The notes below the pieces were generated by a model. It worked only from the letters and a program-made list of their open reading frames with translations. It was not told where the DNA came from and did not search any database. A DNA stretch of 32,000 bases from contig NZ_LWLG01000010.1 in the NCBI RefSeq assembly GCF_001652585.1, forward strand, positions 30,001-62,000, given 5' to 3'. A program made the position numbers and the translations under genes. Position 1 is the stretch's first letter. Each line of letters starts with the position of its first letter. Origin of the DNA: Thermosulfurimonas dismutans (GTDB lineage: Bacteria > Desulfobacterota > Thermodesulfobacteria > Thermodesulfobacteriales > Thermodesulfobacteriaceae). Below, one piece after another: positions 1-9,168 of the stretch.

Positions 1-417
1 GGGGGCAAGACCATCAAGGGTATCATCTCGGCCTGTGGTGACGTCAAGATCGACATCGATGATCAGACTGGCCTGGTAAGAATTTACTCTTCGGATCTCG
101 AGAACGCCGAAAAGGCCGCCAAGATGATCAAAGAGCTCACCCAGGAGGCGGAGGTCGGCAAACTCTATCTCGGCAAGGTCACGCGGGTTACCGACTTCGG
201 GGCCTTTGTGGAGCTCTTCCCCGGCACTATTGGCCTCATCCACATATCTCAGCTCGATCATCGTAGGGTACGCAAGGTCTCGGACATCTTGAAGGAAGGC
301 GACGAGGTCATGGTCAAGGTCATAGACATCGACAAGGCCGGACGCATAAAACTCTCCCGAAAGGCCGCTCTTGAAGAATCGGTAAGGGAGCTTGAAGAGA
401 AACCTTCAAGCGAGTAG
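1..417 (+). CDS. pnp: Polynucleotide phosphorylase, C-terminal part only (KH + S1 domains); 5' end lies outside the window
   Basis: Frame 1 is open from base 1. It reads [24 protein letters not shown] (KH-like), then the S1 motif [28 protein letters not shown]...[22 protein letters not shown]. Stop TAG at 415-417. Confidence 0.9.
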   Translation, partial: GGKTIKGIISACGDVKIDIDDQTGLVRIYSSDLENAEKAAKMIKELTQEAEVGKLYLGKVTRVTDFGAFVELFPGTIGLIHISQLDHRRVRKVSDILKEGDEVMVKVIDIDKAGRIKLSRKAALEESVRELEEKPSSE

Positions 418-1314
418 ATACTCCAGCACCGCGGCATGTAACCACATCTTGTTTTCAGATTGCTCCCAAACCACCGATTGTGGACCCTCCAGGACTTCCT
501 CGGTGATCTCCTCTCCCCTGTGGGCTGGCAGGCAATGCAGCACGATAGCTCCAGGGGCCGCATGCTGCAGAAGTTCCTGGTTGACCTGGTAAGGTTGAAA
601 GATCTGTCGACGCTCCGCCGCTTCGGCCTCCTGACCCATACTGGCCCAAACGTCGGTATTGATCACATCAGCCCCCTTGACGGCTTCTACCGGGTCCCGC
701 GTAAGGAGAATAGGTTTCTTGGCGTGTTTTCTGGCCTCGGAAAACACGTCTTCGTCAGGATCGTAGCCCTCCGGACACGCAAGCCGTAATTCGAATCCGA
801 AAAGGGCCGCGGCCTCCAACCAAGAATTGGCCATGTTGTTGCCGTCCCCCACCCAAGCCACTTTGAGATCTTCGAGCCTCCGGCCAGTTTCGACCACGGT
901 CATGAGATCCGAAAGTACTTGACAGGGATGAAACTTATCCGATAGGCCGTTTATGATCGGCACCGAGGCATAGGCCGCAAGCTCGTCTACCACCTCCTGG
1001 CCGAAAGTCCGTACTACGATACCGTCCACATATCGGGAAAGCACCCGAGCCGTATCCTTCAAAGGTTCTCCCCGGGCAAGCTGAAGGTCGCGGGCCGAAA
1101 GAAAGATGGTCTCTCCGCCGAGCTTCAGCATAGCGGCCTCAAAAGAAACCCGCGTGCGGGTAGAAGGTTTTTCAAAAATCAAGGCCAGGATTTTACCCGT
1201 AAGTGGCCGGTGGGGTATTCCAGATTTCACTCTCTTTTTGAGTTCAAGTCCCCTCTTAATGAGGCTCTCGGCCTCCTCCACTTCAAGATCAAAGATGCGT
1301 CTTATGTGTCTCAT
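406..1314 (-). CDS. argF: Ornithine carbamoyltransferase
   Basis: Carries the OTCase motifs [22 protein letters not shown] and [10 protein letters not shown]. The ORF-track start at 1329 is a TTG. The ATG at 1314 ([10 protein letters not shown]) has GAGGAG 7 nt upstream, so 1314 is preferred. Confidence 0.92.
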   Translation of the reverse strand: MRHIRRIFDLEVEEAESLIKRGLELKKRVKSGIPHRPLTGKILALIFEKPSTRTRVSFEAAMLKLGGETIFLSARDLQLARGEPLKDTARVLSRYVDGIVVRTFGQEVVDELAAYASVPIINGLSDKFHPCQVLSDLMTVVETGRRLEDLKVAWVGDGNNMANSWLEAAALFGFELRLACPEGYDPDEDVFSEARKHAKKPILLTRDPVEAVKGADVINTDVWASMGQEAEAAERRQIFQPYQVNQELLQHAAPGAIVLHCLPAHRGEEITEEVLEGPQSVVWEQSENKMWLHAAVLEYLLA

Positions 1315-1367
1315 GTTTTTACTCCTCAAAAGTGGTATAGTTGGGATTTAATTGCGGGAAGGGAAAG

Positions 1368-2033
1368 ATGTCAAGCATAAAAGAAGAAAAAAATCGGCTC
1401 CGCAAAAAAATCCTGGCCGAAAGAGCCAGGCTTACGATAGAAGAAAGGAAAAATCTTTCCCGGAAAATCATAGAAAATCTCCTGGCCACCGAGATCTTCT
1501 CCCGGGCCGAAACGGTATTTCTCTTCGTATCCTTTGGAAGCGAGGTTGAAACCCTGGAACTTATAGGTCAAAGCCTCCTTCTCGGCAAGAAAGTGGCCCT
1601 ACCTCGTACCCTCCTTTCGGAGAAGAAACTCGTTTTTCATCGGCTGTACACTCTGGGGGAACTCGTCCCCGGGGCTTATGGCATCCTAGAGGCGCCGACA
1701 AGAAATCCGGTAATCCCTCCGGAGGAGGCCGATCTAGTGGTTGTCCCGGGAGTGGCCTTTGATCGCAAGGGCCATCGTCTGGGCTACGGAGGCGGTTTTT
1801 ACGACCGCATGTTCTCAGAGACTCAGGCCGTCAAAGTGGCCCTGGCCTTTTCCCTTCAGGTCCTCTCCGAGATTCCCACTGAACCTCACGATATAAGGGT
1901 GGACTATATCCTTACGGAGAAGGAACTCATTTCTTGCCGGAAGCCAGTTCCTCAAGACGCGCAAGACCTTTTCTCTCTCCGAGAGCGATCAAGACGTCTC
2001 CAGACTCAAGCACGTACTGCGGCGGGGGATTGA
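1368..2033 (+). CDS. 5-formyltetrahydrofolate cyclo-ligase (MTHFS family)
   Basis: Reads MSSIKEEKNRLRKKILAER, then VVVPGVAFDRKGHRLGYGGGFYDR, then HDIRVDYILTEKELI, which is the family pattern. ATG 1368 follows a purine-rich GGAAGGGAAAG; the track start at 1341 is a TTG. The last ~31 codons are low-complexity and antisense to the next gene. Confidence 0.8.
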   Translation: MSSIKEEKNRLRKKILAERARLTIEERKNLSRKIIENLLATEIFSRAETVFLFVSFGSEVETLELIGQSLLLGKKVALPRTLLSEKKLVFHRLYTLGELVPGAYGILEAPTRNPVIPPEEADLVVVPGVAFDRKGHRLGYGGGFYDRMFSETQAVKVALAFSLQVLSEIPTEPHDIRVDYILTEKELISCRKPVPQDAQDLFSLRERSRRLQTQARTAAGD

Positions 2034-2928
2034 AGACCATGTCCCCCGAAAGTTTTTTCACCGCCAAGATGATGGCCCCGGAAATTTCTCGAATGCGGCT
2101 CGATATTAAGTCTTTGCCCACTAACGAAGACTTCGGACAGAGCCTAACCTCCTCGAGCTGTAGCTCCAGGTTGATCTCTGGCGTAGTAAGTTCAAGAAAA
2201 TCGGTGACCGCGGGCCGCAGGAGGGCCAAGGCCATCCGGCGAGCTCCGATGAGATAAGGCGAGAAGACCTTGTTGGCTCCGGCCTGACGCAGACGCTTGA
2301 CCACCTTCTCGTCGTCCGCCCGGGCCATGATGAAGATGCGGGGGTTGAGGCTGCGGGCGGTAAGGGTAATGTACACGTTGTCGGCGTCAGAGCGAAGGAC
2401 AGTGACCAGCCCACGGGCCCTCTCAATCCCGGCCTTTATCAAAACCTCCTCGTTGGTGGCATCCCCCTCGATGAAGAGGAAGCCCTCAGCTTCGATTTCT
2501 TCGATCACGGCGGGATCGTTCTCGATGACCACAAAGGGCAGTTCCCGGGCAATCAGATTACAGATGTGCTTGCCGATACGACCGTAACCGCAGACGATGT
2601 AGTGATCCTTCAAAGCCTGGATCTTCTTCTCCACCTGTCGCCTCCCGAAGACATTCTGAATGGTCCCTGAAAGGACCACCTCACTTATAAGTCCGAAGGC
2701 GTAAAAGAAAAGCCCCGCCCCTCCAAGAATCAAAAAAATGGCAAAAACCTTGCCGGCCTCGGTCTGGGGCACGATGTCGCCGTATCCCACGGTGGAGATG
2801 GTGATCACCGTAAAGTAAAGGGCCTTGAAAAAGGAAAGCCCCTCAATGAAATAGAACCCCAAGGTGCCCACGGAAAGAAGAAAAATCAAGAAGAAAAACC
2901 CGAGGGCAATACGTTTAAAATGATGCAT
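1927..2928 (-). CDS. Two-TM potassium channel with cytoplasmic RCK (TrkA-N/TrkA-C) domain, MthK-like
   Basis: Two hydrophobic helices flank the K+ selectivity filter TVGYGD. A Rossmann motif follows (IVCGYGRIG), then a TrkA-C-like C-terminus. The ATG at 2928 lies 1 nt after the pgi stop (TAAtATG on the minus strand). Confidence 0.88.
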   Translation of the reverse strand: MHHFKRIALGFFFLIFLLSVGTLGFYFIEGLSFFKALYFTVITISTVGYGDIVPQTEAGKVFAIFLILGGAGLFFYAFGLISEVVLSGTIQNVFGRRQVEKKIQALKDHYIVCGYGRIGKHICNLIARELPFVVIENDPAVIEEIEAEGFLFIEGDATNEEVLIKAGIERARGLVTVLRSDADNVYITLTARSLNPRIFIMARADDEKVVKRLRQAGANKVFSPYLIGARRMALALLRPAVTDFLELTTPEINLELQLEEVRLCPKSSLVGKDLISSRIREISGAIILAVKKLSGDMVFNPPPQYVLESGDVLIALGERKGLARLEELASGKK

Positions 2929-2929
2929 A

Positions 2930-4612
2930 TTATAGTCTTAAGGCTTCTTCAAAAAGATCATAAAGCCTCTTCAGATCCTCCTGATAATTTTCACCGAGGT
3001 GAATGTGAATAACCGGCCGTTTGGCCTCCTCCAGGGCTCGGAAATCACCATAAGCCTGGGCGAACTGGAGATCCCAAAAAGTGATATCTTCCCCAGGAAT
3101 AATTTGTTCCGGCCGTCGGCCCTTGCGCGTGAAGATCACAAAGCGGCCCGAGAGGGTCCCGCCCTTGAAGAGCTGACCGGTAGAGTGAAGGTAACGAGGC
3201 CCAAAACCGAAGATCGTGCTACACTGCCGGCGACCGCGGATAAGGGTCCTAAGGTCTCGGAAGAATTCCTCAAGTTCCGGCTCCGGTGGCAGGAAGGCCA
3301 AGAGTCCCACGTAGCCCCAGGGAGGCATTTCCTGGAAGAACTTCTTCACCAAAGCCGAAAGTCGGGGATACTCGATCTTCGTGGTCTCTGCGTAAAGGAA
3401 GCCAATCCCCAAAGCCTCATCCAAATAGAACTCAACCGGAAACTCGCCGGTCTTCTTGAACTCGGAAAGAAACTCTCTGGTCTTCTGTTTGGTCCGAACC
3501 ACATCCGGCTCGTCGAAAGGATTTACCCCCATGAAGGCCCCGCAGAGGGCCACCGCTAGCTCCCAGCGCACGCATTCCGCAAAGATCTCGTAACGATCCT
3601 CTAGAAAATAGGTCTTGAGAGCAAAGTCCGCCTCCCGAAGATCGGAAAAGAGGCGCCTGTATAGGTTTTCCCGTCCGCGTAGGCCGATATAGACAAAATA
3701 ACGGTCCGGACCATAGACCGTGGGTGAGCCCGGACTCTCGCCCACCACCGGAATGATGCCTACGAAGTTTTTGCCCAGGCTTTCAGCCACGAGCTGTTCT
3801 ATCCAAAGGGCAAAAGTTCGAAGAAGAGGATCCGTCATAATAGTCAGTTTGTCCTTCCCGTGTACGAAGTGTTCGGTCATGAACTCCGCCAGCCAAGCCG
3901 AAAGATTGTACTCCCACGGAAGCTCTGGAAGGGAAGCCTCAAACATCTCCTCCGCCTTGGAAAGGGCCTTCTCCAAATCAAGCCCCATAAGGGCCGCCGG
4001 CAAAAGTCCCACCTCTGTCAAAGCCGCATACCGCCCCCCTACGTCTGGGGGATGGTGAAAAACTCGCAAGAAGCCCTTTTCCTGAGCCTCTTTTTCAAGT
4101 GGACTTCCCGGATCCGTTAAGGCTACGAACTTCGAGCCTGGTTCGATACCGGCGTCCTCAAGCTTTTTCCAGAAATAACGATACTGAGAGAGAGTTTCCA
4201 CGGTAGTTCCAGACTTACTTGCGATCACGAAAAGGGTCTTCTCAAGGGACACCTCTTCCTCTATGCGGGCGATAACTTCAGGATCGTCGGTATCAAGGAC
4301 CGTAAATCGAGGATACCCGGGCTGAGGACCAAAGATCTCCGCCAGGGCTAGAGGAAAGAGGCTAGAGCCTCCCATGCCGCACCATATGATTTCCTCGAAG
4401 CCCCCCTTGACCTCCTCGGCAAAAGCCGAAAGCTCAGAAATTTTGGGACGCATGCGTTCCACAGCTTTCACCCACCCGAGGCGGTGGGCTATCTTCTCCT
4501 TTTCGGTTGCCTCCGTGGTAAAGGCTTCCGGATCTCCGGTAAGGATTTTAGCCAGCAGAGCTTTTTTTTCCTCTTCGCTCATCCTGGAGGGTCTTCTGAT
4601 TCTGGATTTCAT
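2930..4612 (-). CDS. pgi: Glucose-6-phosphate isomerase (long SIS-domain PGI type)
   Basis: Carries the PGI/SIS motifs CGMGGSSL, VIASKSGTTVET and GGRYAALTEVG. ATG 4612 is preceded by AAGGAGG with a 4-nt spacer. Confidence 0.8.
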   Translation of the reverse strand: MKSRIRRPSRMSEEEKKALLAKILTGDPEAFTTEATEKEKIAHRLGWVKAVERMRPKISELSAFAEEVKGGFEEIIWCGMGGSSLFPLALAEIFGPQPGYPRFTVLDTDDPEVIARIEEEVSLEKTLFVIASKSGTTVETLSQYRYFWKKLEDAGIEPGSKFVALTDPGSPLEKEAQEKGFLRVFHHPPDVGGRYAALTEVGLLPAALMGLDLEKALSKAEEMFEASLPELPWEYNLSAWLAEFMTEHFVHGKDKLTIMTDPLLRTFALWIEQLVAESLGKNFVGIIPVVGESPGSPTVYGPDRYFVYIGLRGRENLYRRLFSDLREADFALKTYFLEDRYEIFAECVRWELAVALCGAFMGVNPFDEPDVVRTKQKTREFLSEFKKTGEFPVEFYLDEALGIGFLYAETTKIEYPRLSALVKKFFQEMPPWGYVGLLAFLPPEPELEEFFRDLRTLIRGRRQCSTIFGFGPRYLHSTGQLFKGGTLSGRFVIFTRKGRRPEQIIPGEDITFWDLQFAQAYGDFRALEEAKRPVIHIHLGENYQEDLKRLYDLFEEALRL

Positions 4613-4729
4613 CGGGCCTCCTTTCCCTGGCAGAAATCTTTTCCATAATACCTAACACATACTCCTTGCCAGACCAACCCTTTCGGTGATTGTCTGGGCC
4701 TCAATTTTAGGGTAGGGATTTAGGGGCAT

Positions 4730-5614
4730 ATGAGTGAGAGCAGCTTGTTCCTACAGTTCCTTTTCTCCGGGCTTACAGCCGGGGCTATCTATGCCCTGGT
4801 GGCGCTGGGATTTTGCGTAGTAGAAAATAGCCTCCGAATCGTAAACTTCGCCCAGGGGGACTTCCTCACTTTGGGTGGCTTTTTCATGACCACTTTTCTG
4901 CTATCCCTGAAGATACCCTGGCCGCTAGCGGCCCTATGTTCCATCCTGGCCGTAGGGCTCTGCGGATACCTGCTCGAACGCATAGCCCTGCGCTCGGCTA
5001 AGACCCACGATCCCTTGACATTGATCTTCATCACCATCGGAGCCTCCATCTTCATTCGGGGCCTCATTAAGCTTTTCTGGGGCAAGAACCCCCGTATATT
5101 TCCGCCGCTGATAACCGGAGAACCCATCAGACTACTCGGGGCCAGCCTTACCAGGGAAAGTCTTCTCATCCTCGCAGTAGGGTTCTTTTGCGTAACCATT
5201 CTGCACCTCTTTTATCGTGTAAGTCGATCGGGGAAGGCCCTTCGGGCCGTAGCCTATAGTCCGCGGGCCGCGGCCCTCATCGGACTCCCGGTAGGTTTCC
5301 TGAACTCGGTCTCCTTCTTTTTGGCCGGGGCCCTCGGAGCCGTGGCTGGGCTTCTCATCGTTCCGGTTACCGGGGTGAGCTTCGACACCGGGGTCATACT
5401 CGGGCTCAAAGGCTACGCTGCATCCGTTCTCGGGGGTTACGGGAGCTTCCCCGGCGCCATAGCCGGAGGACTGCTCTTGGGCGTGATGGAGGCCCTCGTG
5501 GCCGGTTTCATTTCGAGTGGTTTCCGGGACGTTTTCGCCTTTGCTCTCTTGTTCTGCGTGCTCGCAATAAAACCATCGGGACTTTTCGGAACGCATGAGG
5601 AGGAGAGAGTCTAA
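4730..5614 (+). CDS. livH: Branched-chain amino acid ABC transporter permease, LivH-type
   Basis: A 294-aa polytopic membrane protein, first gene of a permease-permease-ATPase-binding protein run. Its sequence style is typical of the LivH family (FSGLTAGAIYALVALGF, GDFLTLGGF). Confidence 0.85.
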   Translation: MSESSLFLQFLFSGLTAGAIYALVALGFCVVENSLRIVNFAQGDFLTLGGFFMTTFLLSLKIPWPLAALCSILAVGLCGYLLERIALRSAKTHDPLTLIFITIGASIFIRGLIKLFWGKNPRIFPPLITGEPIRLLGASLTRESLLILAVGFFCVTILHLFYRVSRSGKALRAVAYSPRAAALIGLPVGFLNSVSFFLAGALGAVAGLLIVPVTGVSFDTGVILGLKGYAASVLGGYGSFPGAIAGGLLLGVMEALVAGFISSGFRDVFAFALLFCVLAIKPSGLFGTHEEERV

Positions 5615-5616
5615 CC

Positions 5617-6564
5617 GTGTCCTCAGGTCTTAAGAGGGATAGAAGAATTCTAGCCGGTCTGGCCACCGCTATAGGGATGATCCCTTTTTTGATTAACAAC
5701 CCCTATTACCTCACAGTACTCAATCTCTCGGCCCTCAATATCCTGACCGTGTGCGGACTTACCCTTCTCATAGGTTATGCCGGTCAGATCTCTCTGGGGC
5801 ATGCCGGGTTCTGGGCGTTAGGAGCTTACGGTTCGGCTCTCCTATCCCTTAAGACCGGTCTTAATCCCTGGCTCACTACCGCTCTGGCCTTAGGCTTTAC
5901 CCTGGCTGTATCTGCGGGCATGGGTTTTACGGTCCTCCGCCTGAAAGGAAATTACCTAGTGATGGCCACCCTGGCCTTCAACCTTGCGGTTTACTTCTTC
6001 CTAGTCGAGGCCGAGGAGCTCACTGGTGGCCCCCCCGGGCTTCCAGGCATCCCACCCTATACCCTGGGAAGCCTAGCTTTCGTCACCGATCTTGCGGCTT
6101 ACTACCTCATCTGGCCGGTGGTTCTCATTACGCTCTTTTTAACTTTCAATCTAGTCCACTCCGGGGAAGGCCGAGCCCTGCGGGCGCTCGCCTCGGGAGA
6201 GATCGCCGCCGCCTGTTTGGGCATCAATCCTAGACGATATAAGGTCTTGGCCTTCGTGTTGAGCGCGGCCTACGCCTCGCTTGCGGGCTCCCTCTACGCC
6301 CACTACTTCTCTTTTATTAGTCCCAAGACCTTTGACATCTTCTTTTCCGTGGAATTGGTGGCTATGTGCCTTTTTGGAGGCAAGGGCTCCCTTTGGGGAG
6401 CGGTCCTAGGAGCAGGCCTCCTGACCCCCTTACCCCACTTCCTCTCTATTTTTGACGAATACCGGGATCTGATCTACGGGGGCCTTCTGATGGGCGTGTT
6501 GATCTTCTTCCCCGATGGTCTTTCGGGGCTGATGAGGAAATTATATGGCCGAAAAGCGCCCTAA
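5617..6564 (+). CDS. livM: Branched-chain amino acid ABC transporter permease, LivM-type
   Basis: GTG start 3 nt after the livH stop, with GAGGAGGAGAG upstream. A 315-aa polytopic protein carrying GYAGQISLGHAGFWALGAY, typical of LivM. Confidence 0.85.
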   Translation: MSSGLKRDRRILAGLATAIGMIPFLINNPYYLTVLNLSALNILTVCGLTLLIGYAGQISLGHAGFWALGAYGSALLSLKTGLNPWLTTALALGFTLAVSAGMGFTVLRLKGNYLVMATLAFNLAVYFFLVEAEELTGGPPGLPGIPPYTLGSLAFVTDLAAYYLIWPVVLITLFLTFNLVHSGEGRALRALASGEIAAACLGINPRRYKVLAFVLSAAYASLAGSLYAHYFSFISPKTFDIFFSVELVAMCLFGGKGSLWGAVLGAGLLTPLPHFLSIFDEYRDLIYGGLLMGVLIFFPDGLSGLMRKLYGRKAP

Positions 6565-7315
6565 AATCCTCAAGGTGGAAAACCTATCCAAGAATTTTGG
6601 TGGGGTACAAGCCCTGCGGGGGGTCTCCCTGAATCTGCGTGCCGGAGAAATCTTGGGGCTCATCGGTCCCAATGGGGCTGGTAAGACCACCTTGATCAAC
6701 ATCGTCTCCGGGGTGGTCCGCGAGGATGCCGGCACCATCTTCTTTGAGGAACACCTTCTCAACGAACTATCTCCCTGGCAGAGGGCGGCCCTGGGGCTGG
6801 CCCGAACCTTCCAACACATTCAGATTTTTGCCGGCCTTACAGTCCTCGAAAATGTGATGTGCGGAGCACATCGTCTTCGAAAAACCGGTTTCTGGGAGAC
6901 CTTTCTGAGGCTTCCCCGGGCTGTTGCCGAGGAGGATGAGTGCCGTCGGCAGGCCCTTTCTATCCTCAGCGAACTAGGACTTGCAGATAAGGCCAACCTT
7001 CCAGCCGAAAACCTCCCTTACGGGGAGCAAAAGAAAGTGGTCATAGCCCGGGCCCTCGCAAGTCGTCCTCGGGCTATTTTACTGGATGAGCCCGCCGGAG
7101 GTCTGAACGAAAAGGAAACTGAGGAACTTGGGGAAATCATCCTGAGGCTCCGGGAAAAGGGACTCGCCATTTTGCTCGTAGAGCACGATCTCAACCTGGT
7201 CATGAGGATCTGCGAGCGGGTGGTGGTGCTTAATCAGGGCGAGGTCATCGCCGAAGGTCCGCCTTGCGAGATCCAGAACGATCCTCGAGTCCTTGAAGCC
7301 TACCTCGGAAAATGA
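6545..7315 (+). CDS. livG: Branched-chain amino acid ABC transporter ATP-binding protein, LivG-type
   Basis: Walker A GPNGAGKTT, Walker B AILLDEPAGGL and the LivG-type C-terminal tail DPRVLEAYLG. Overlaps the livM end by 20 nt. Confidence 0.85.
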   Translation: MAEKRPKILKVENLSKNFGGVQALRGVSLNLRAGEILGLIGPNGAGKTTLINIVSGVVREDAGTIFFEEHLLNELSPWQRAALGLARTFQHIQIFAGLTVLENVMCGAHRLRKTGFWETFLRLPRAVAEEDECRRQALSILSELGLADKANLPAENLPYGEQKKVVIARALASRPRAILLDEPAGGLNEKETEELGEIILRLREKGLAILLVEHDLNLVMRICERVVVLNQGEVIAEGPPCEIQNDPRVLEAYLGK

Positions 7316-7352
7316 TATGAAGCGGAAAACACTCAAGAAGGAGGTTGCCGCC

Positions 7353-8522
7353 ATGAAAAAATGTGGTTTATGGGGCCTGGTTTCAATCTTTCTCTTTTTA
7401 ATTTTTTCAGGATCTCTAGCGGCCAAAGAGCCCATCAAGATTGGAGCCTTCTTTGCCCTTTCTGGACCAGCGGCCTTTATCGGTACGCCCACCAAGCTCG
7501 TAGCCGAGATGGCCGTGGCGGAGATCAACAAGAAAGGGGGCATTAACGGCCGACCACTTGAACTGGTTATAGGCGATACCGAGGGTGACCCCAGCAAAGC
7601 CGTGGCCATTGCCAAGCGCTTCATTTACAAGGACAAGGTGGTGGCCATCATTGGCCCTACCCGCACCGGAACCGGTATGGCTGTGAAACCCATCGTGGAG
7701 GCCGCCCGCGTGCCCACCATCATGACCGTAGGGGGCGATCCGGTAATCATGGGAGGAAAGTTTGGTTCCTACCGCTACGTCTTCAAGACCCCTCAGCGCT
7801 CAAGCACCGCCGTTCGCAAGATCTATCAATACCTTAAGAAAAAAGGCCTCACCCGTATTGCTATCCTCACGGCCACCGACGGTTTTGGAAAAGACGGGCG
7901 CAAGTGGTTGAAAAAACTCGCCCCGGAATACGGCCTTACCATCGTGGCCGAAGAAGCCTTCAACCCTCGGGACACGGACATGACAGCCCAGCTCGCCAAA
8001 GTCTGGAAGGAAAATCCTCAGGCCCTCGTCGCCTGGACCATCGGGCCCGCTGGAGCCATCGTGGCCAAGAACGTCAAACAGCTCGGCATCACGGCCCCGC
8101 TCTTTCAGTGTCATGGTCTGCCTGATCCCAAGTACATCGAGCTCGCCGGACCGGCATCCGAGGGCAACCTCATGCCCTCCACCAAGCTCATGGCCTGGGA
8201 ACAATTGCCAGACACCGATCCCCAGAAACCGGTGATCGCCCATTTCGTACACCTCTACAAGGAGGTGTACCACTACGACCGGAGGTTCCCTATCAATACC
8301 CACTCCGGCTACGCCTGGGACGCCATCATGATCCTGGCCCGGGCCCTGGAAAAAGTTGGGCCTGATCGGGAAAAACTTCGCGAGGCCATCGAGAACACCA
8401 AAGGCTATGTGGGCATAAGCGGGGTCTACAACATTACTCCCGAGGATCATAACGGTCTCGACGAGTCCTCCATGATCATTGTGAAGATAGTTAAAGGACA
8501 CTGGGTCCTTGAGGATTACTAA
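7353..8522 (+). CDS. Periplasmic substrate-binding protein of the Leu/Ile/Val-binding (type I PBP) family
   Basis: Signal peptide MKKCGLWGLVSIFLFLIFSGSLAAKE, then IKIGAFFALSGPAAFIG. ATG 7353 sits 8 nt after AAGGAGG (7338-7344), so the ORF-track start at 7293 is rejected. Confidence 0.85.
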   Translation: MKKCGLWGLVSIFLFLIFSGSLAAKEPIKIGAFFALSGPAAFIGTPTKLVAEMAVAEINKKGGINGRPLELVIGDTEGDPSKAVAIAKRFIYKDKVVAIIGPTRTGTGMAVKPIVEAARVPTIMTVGGDPVIMGGKFGSYRYVFKTPQRSSTAVRKIYQYLKKKGLTRIAILTATDGFGKDGRKWLKKLAPEYGLTIVAEEAFNPRDTDMTAQLAKVWKENPQALVAWTIGPAGAIVAKNVKQLGITAPLFQCHGLPDPKYIELAGPASEGNLMPSTKLMAWEQLPDTDPQKPVIAHFVHLYKEVYHYDRRFPINTHSGYAWDAIMILARALEKVGPDREKLREAIENTKGYVGISGVYNITPEDHNGLDESSMIIVKIVKGHWVLEDY

Positions 8523-8958
8523 CCCCTGGCTCCTGCTAGCCACCTTTTTCGGTCTGGGAAAGATCCCCTGGGCCCCGGGCACCTGGGGCTCAGGGGTAGG
8601 GGTCCTCCTTTACTGGGCTACGGGAGATCTCCCTCTGTGGGGACAGCTCCTCTTTTTTGCTCTTCTCACTCTTCTGGGAACCCTGGCCTCCCACCGGGTG
8701 GCCTTGGCCCTGGGCCGAAAGGACCCTTCCTGCGTAATCATCGACGAGGTAGCCGGGGCCTATCTGGCCCTTCTGGGACACCCGGCTGATCCTTTACATT
8801 TGGTCGCGGGCTTTCTCCTCTTTCGGATTCTTGACATCTGGAAACCCTGGCCGATCAGAATCACCGAGAGACTTACCGGAGGCCTTGGCATCATGGCCGA
8901 CGACCTGACCGCCGGAGGGATGGCGAACCTGTTGCTCTTCCTCCCGCAGATCCTGTGA
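8509..8958 (+). CDS. pgpA: Phosphatidylglycerophosphatase A
   Basis: FFGLGKIPWAPGTWGS near the N-terminus and WPIRITERLTGGLGIMADDLTAG near the C-terminus match the PgpA family pattern. TTG start at 8509, with AAAGGA 10 nt upstream. Confidence 0.85.
   Translation: MRITNPWLLLATFFGLGKIPWAPGTWGSGVGVLLYWATGDLPLWGQLLFFALLTLLGTLASHRVALALGRKDPSCVIIDEVAGAYLALLGHPADPLHLVAGFLLFRILDIWKPWPIRITERLTGGLGIMADDLTAGGMANLLLFLPQIL
8887..8931 (+). repeat. Copy A of a diverged direct repeat (pgpA 3' end); the 12-bp perfect core ggcatcatggcc lies at 8887-8898
   Basis: Manual alignment of 8887-8931 against 9169-9213 gives 35 identical positions out of 45, in the same reading frame, with the first 12 nt identical. 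Confidence 0.7.
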
Positions 8959-9168
8959 GTCAGGCCGCCATCACCAGTTCTTTAGCACCTTCCACCCCAT
9001 CGAATCTTTTAGAGCTTATTCCCGGCTTCCCGTAACACCCTCGATGTAGTATTCCAAATCTTAAGTTTAATTCGGAGGACTCTGGTTCCGGATAAAACAC
9101 CAGCCCCTGGGTCTCTTCCTCCGGCCTCGCCTTTTCCACAGGGAAGGTCAGATAATGCGACCGCTCTC

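Noticed and set aside
2999-3559. A 186-aa plus-strand ORF inside pgi.
   Set aside because: It is antisense to pgi and has no motifs or RBS.
4669-4697. The inverted repeat CCAGAC(C)AA...TTGTCTGG in the pgi/livH divergent spacer, considered as a possible operator.
   Set aside because: Only 6 perfect bp plus 2 after a bulge. That is expected by chance in a 117-nt spacer, and no second half-site or known motif is present.
7800-8582. A 260-aa ORF on the minus strand across the binding-protein gene.
   Set aside because: It is antisense to a CDS with clear family motifs and a signal peptide. Its translation is Gly/Pro/Val/His-rich low-complexity sequence with no recognisable motif or RBS, which is a typical shadow ORF.
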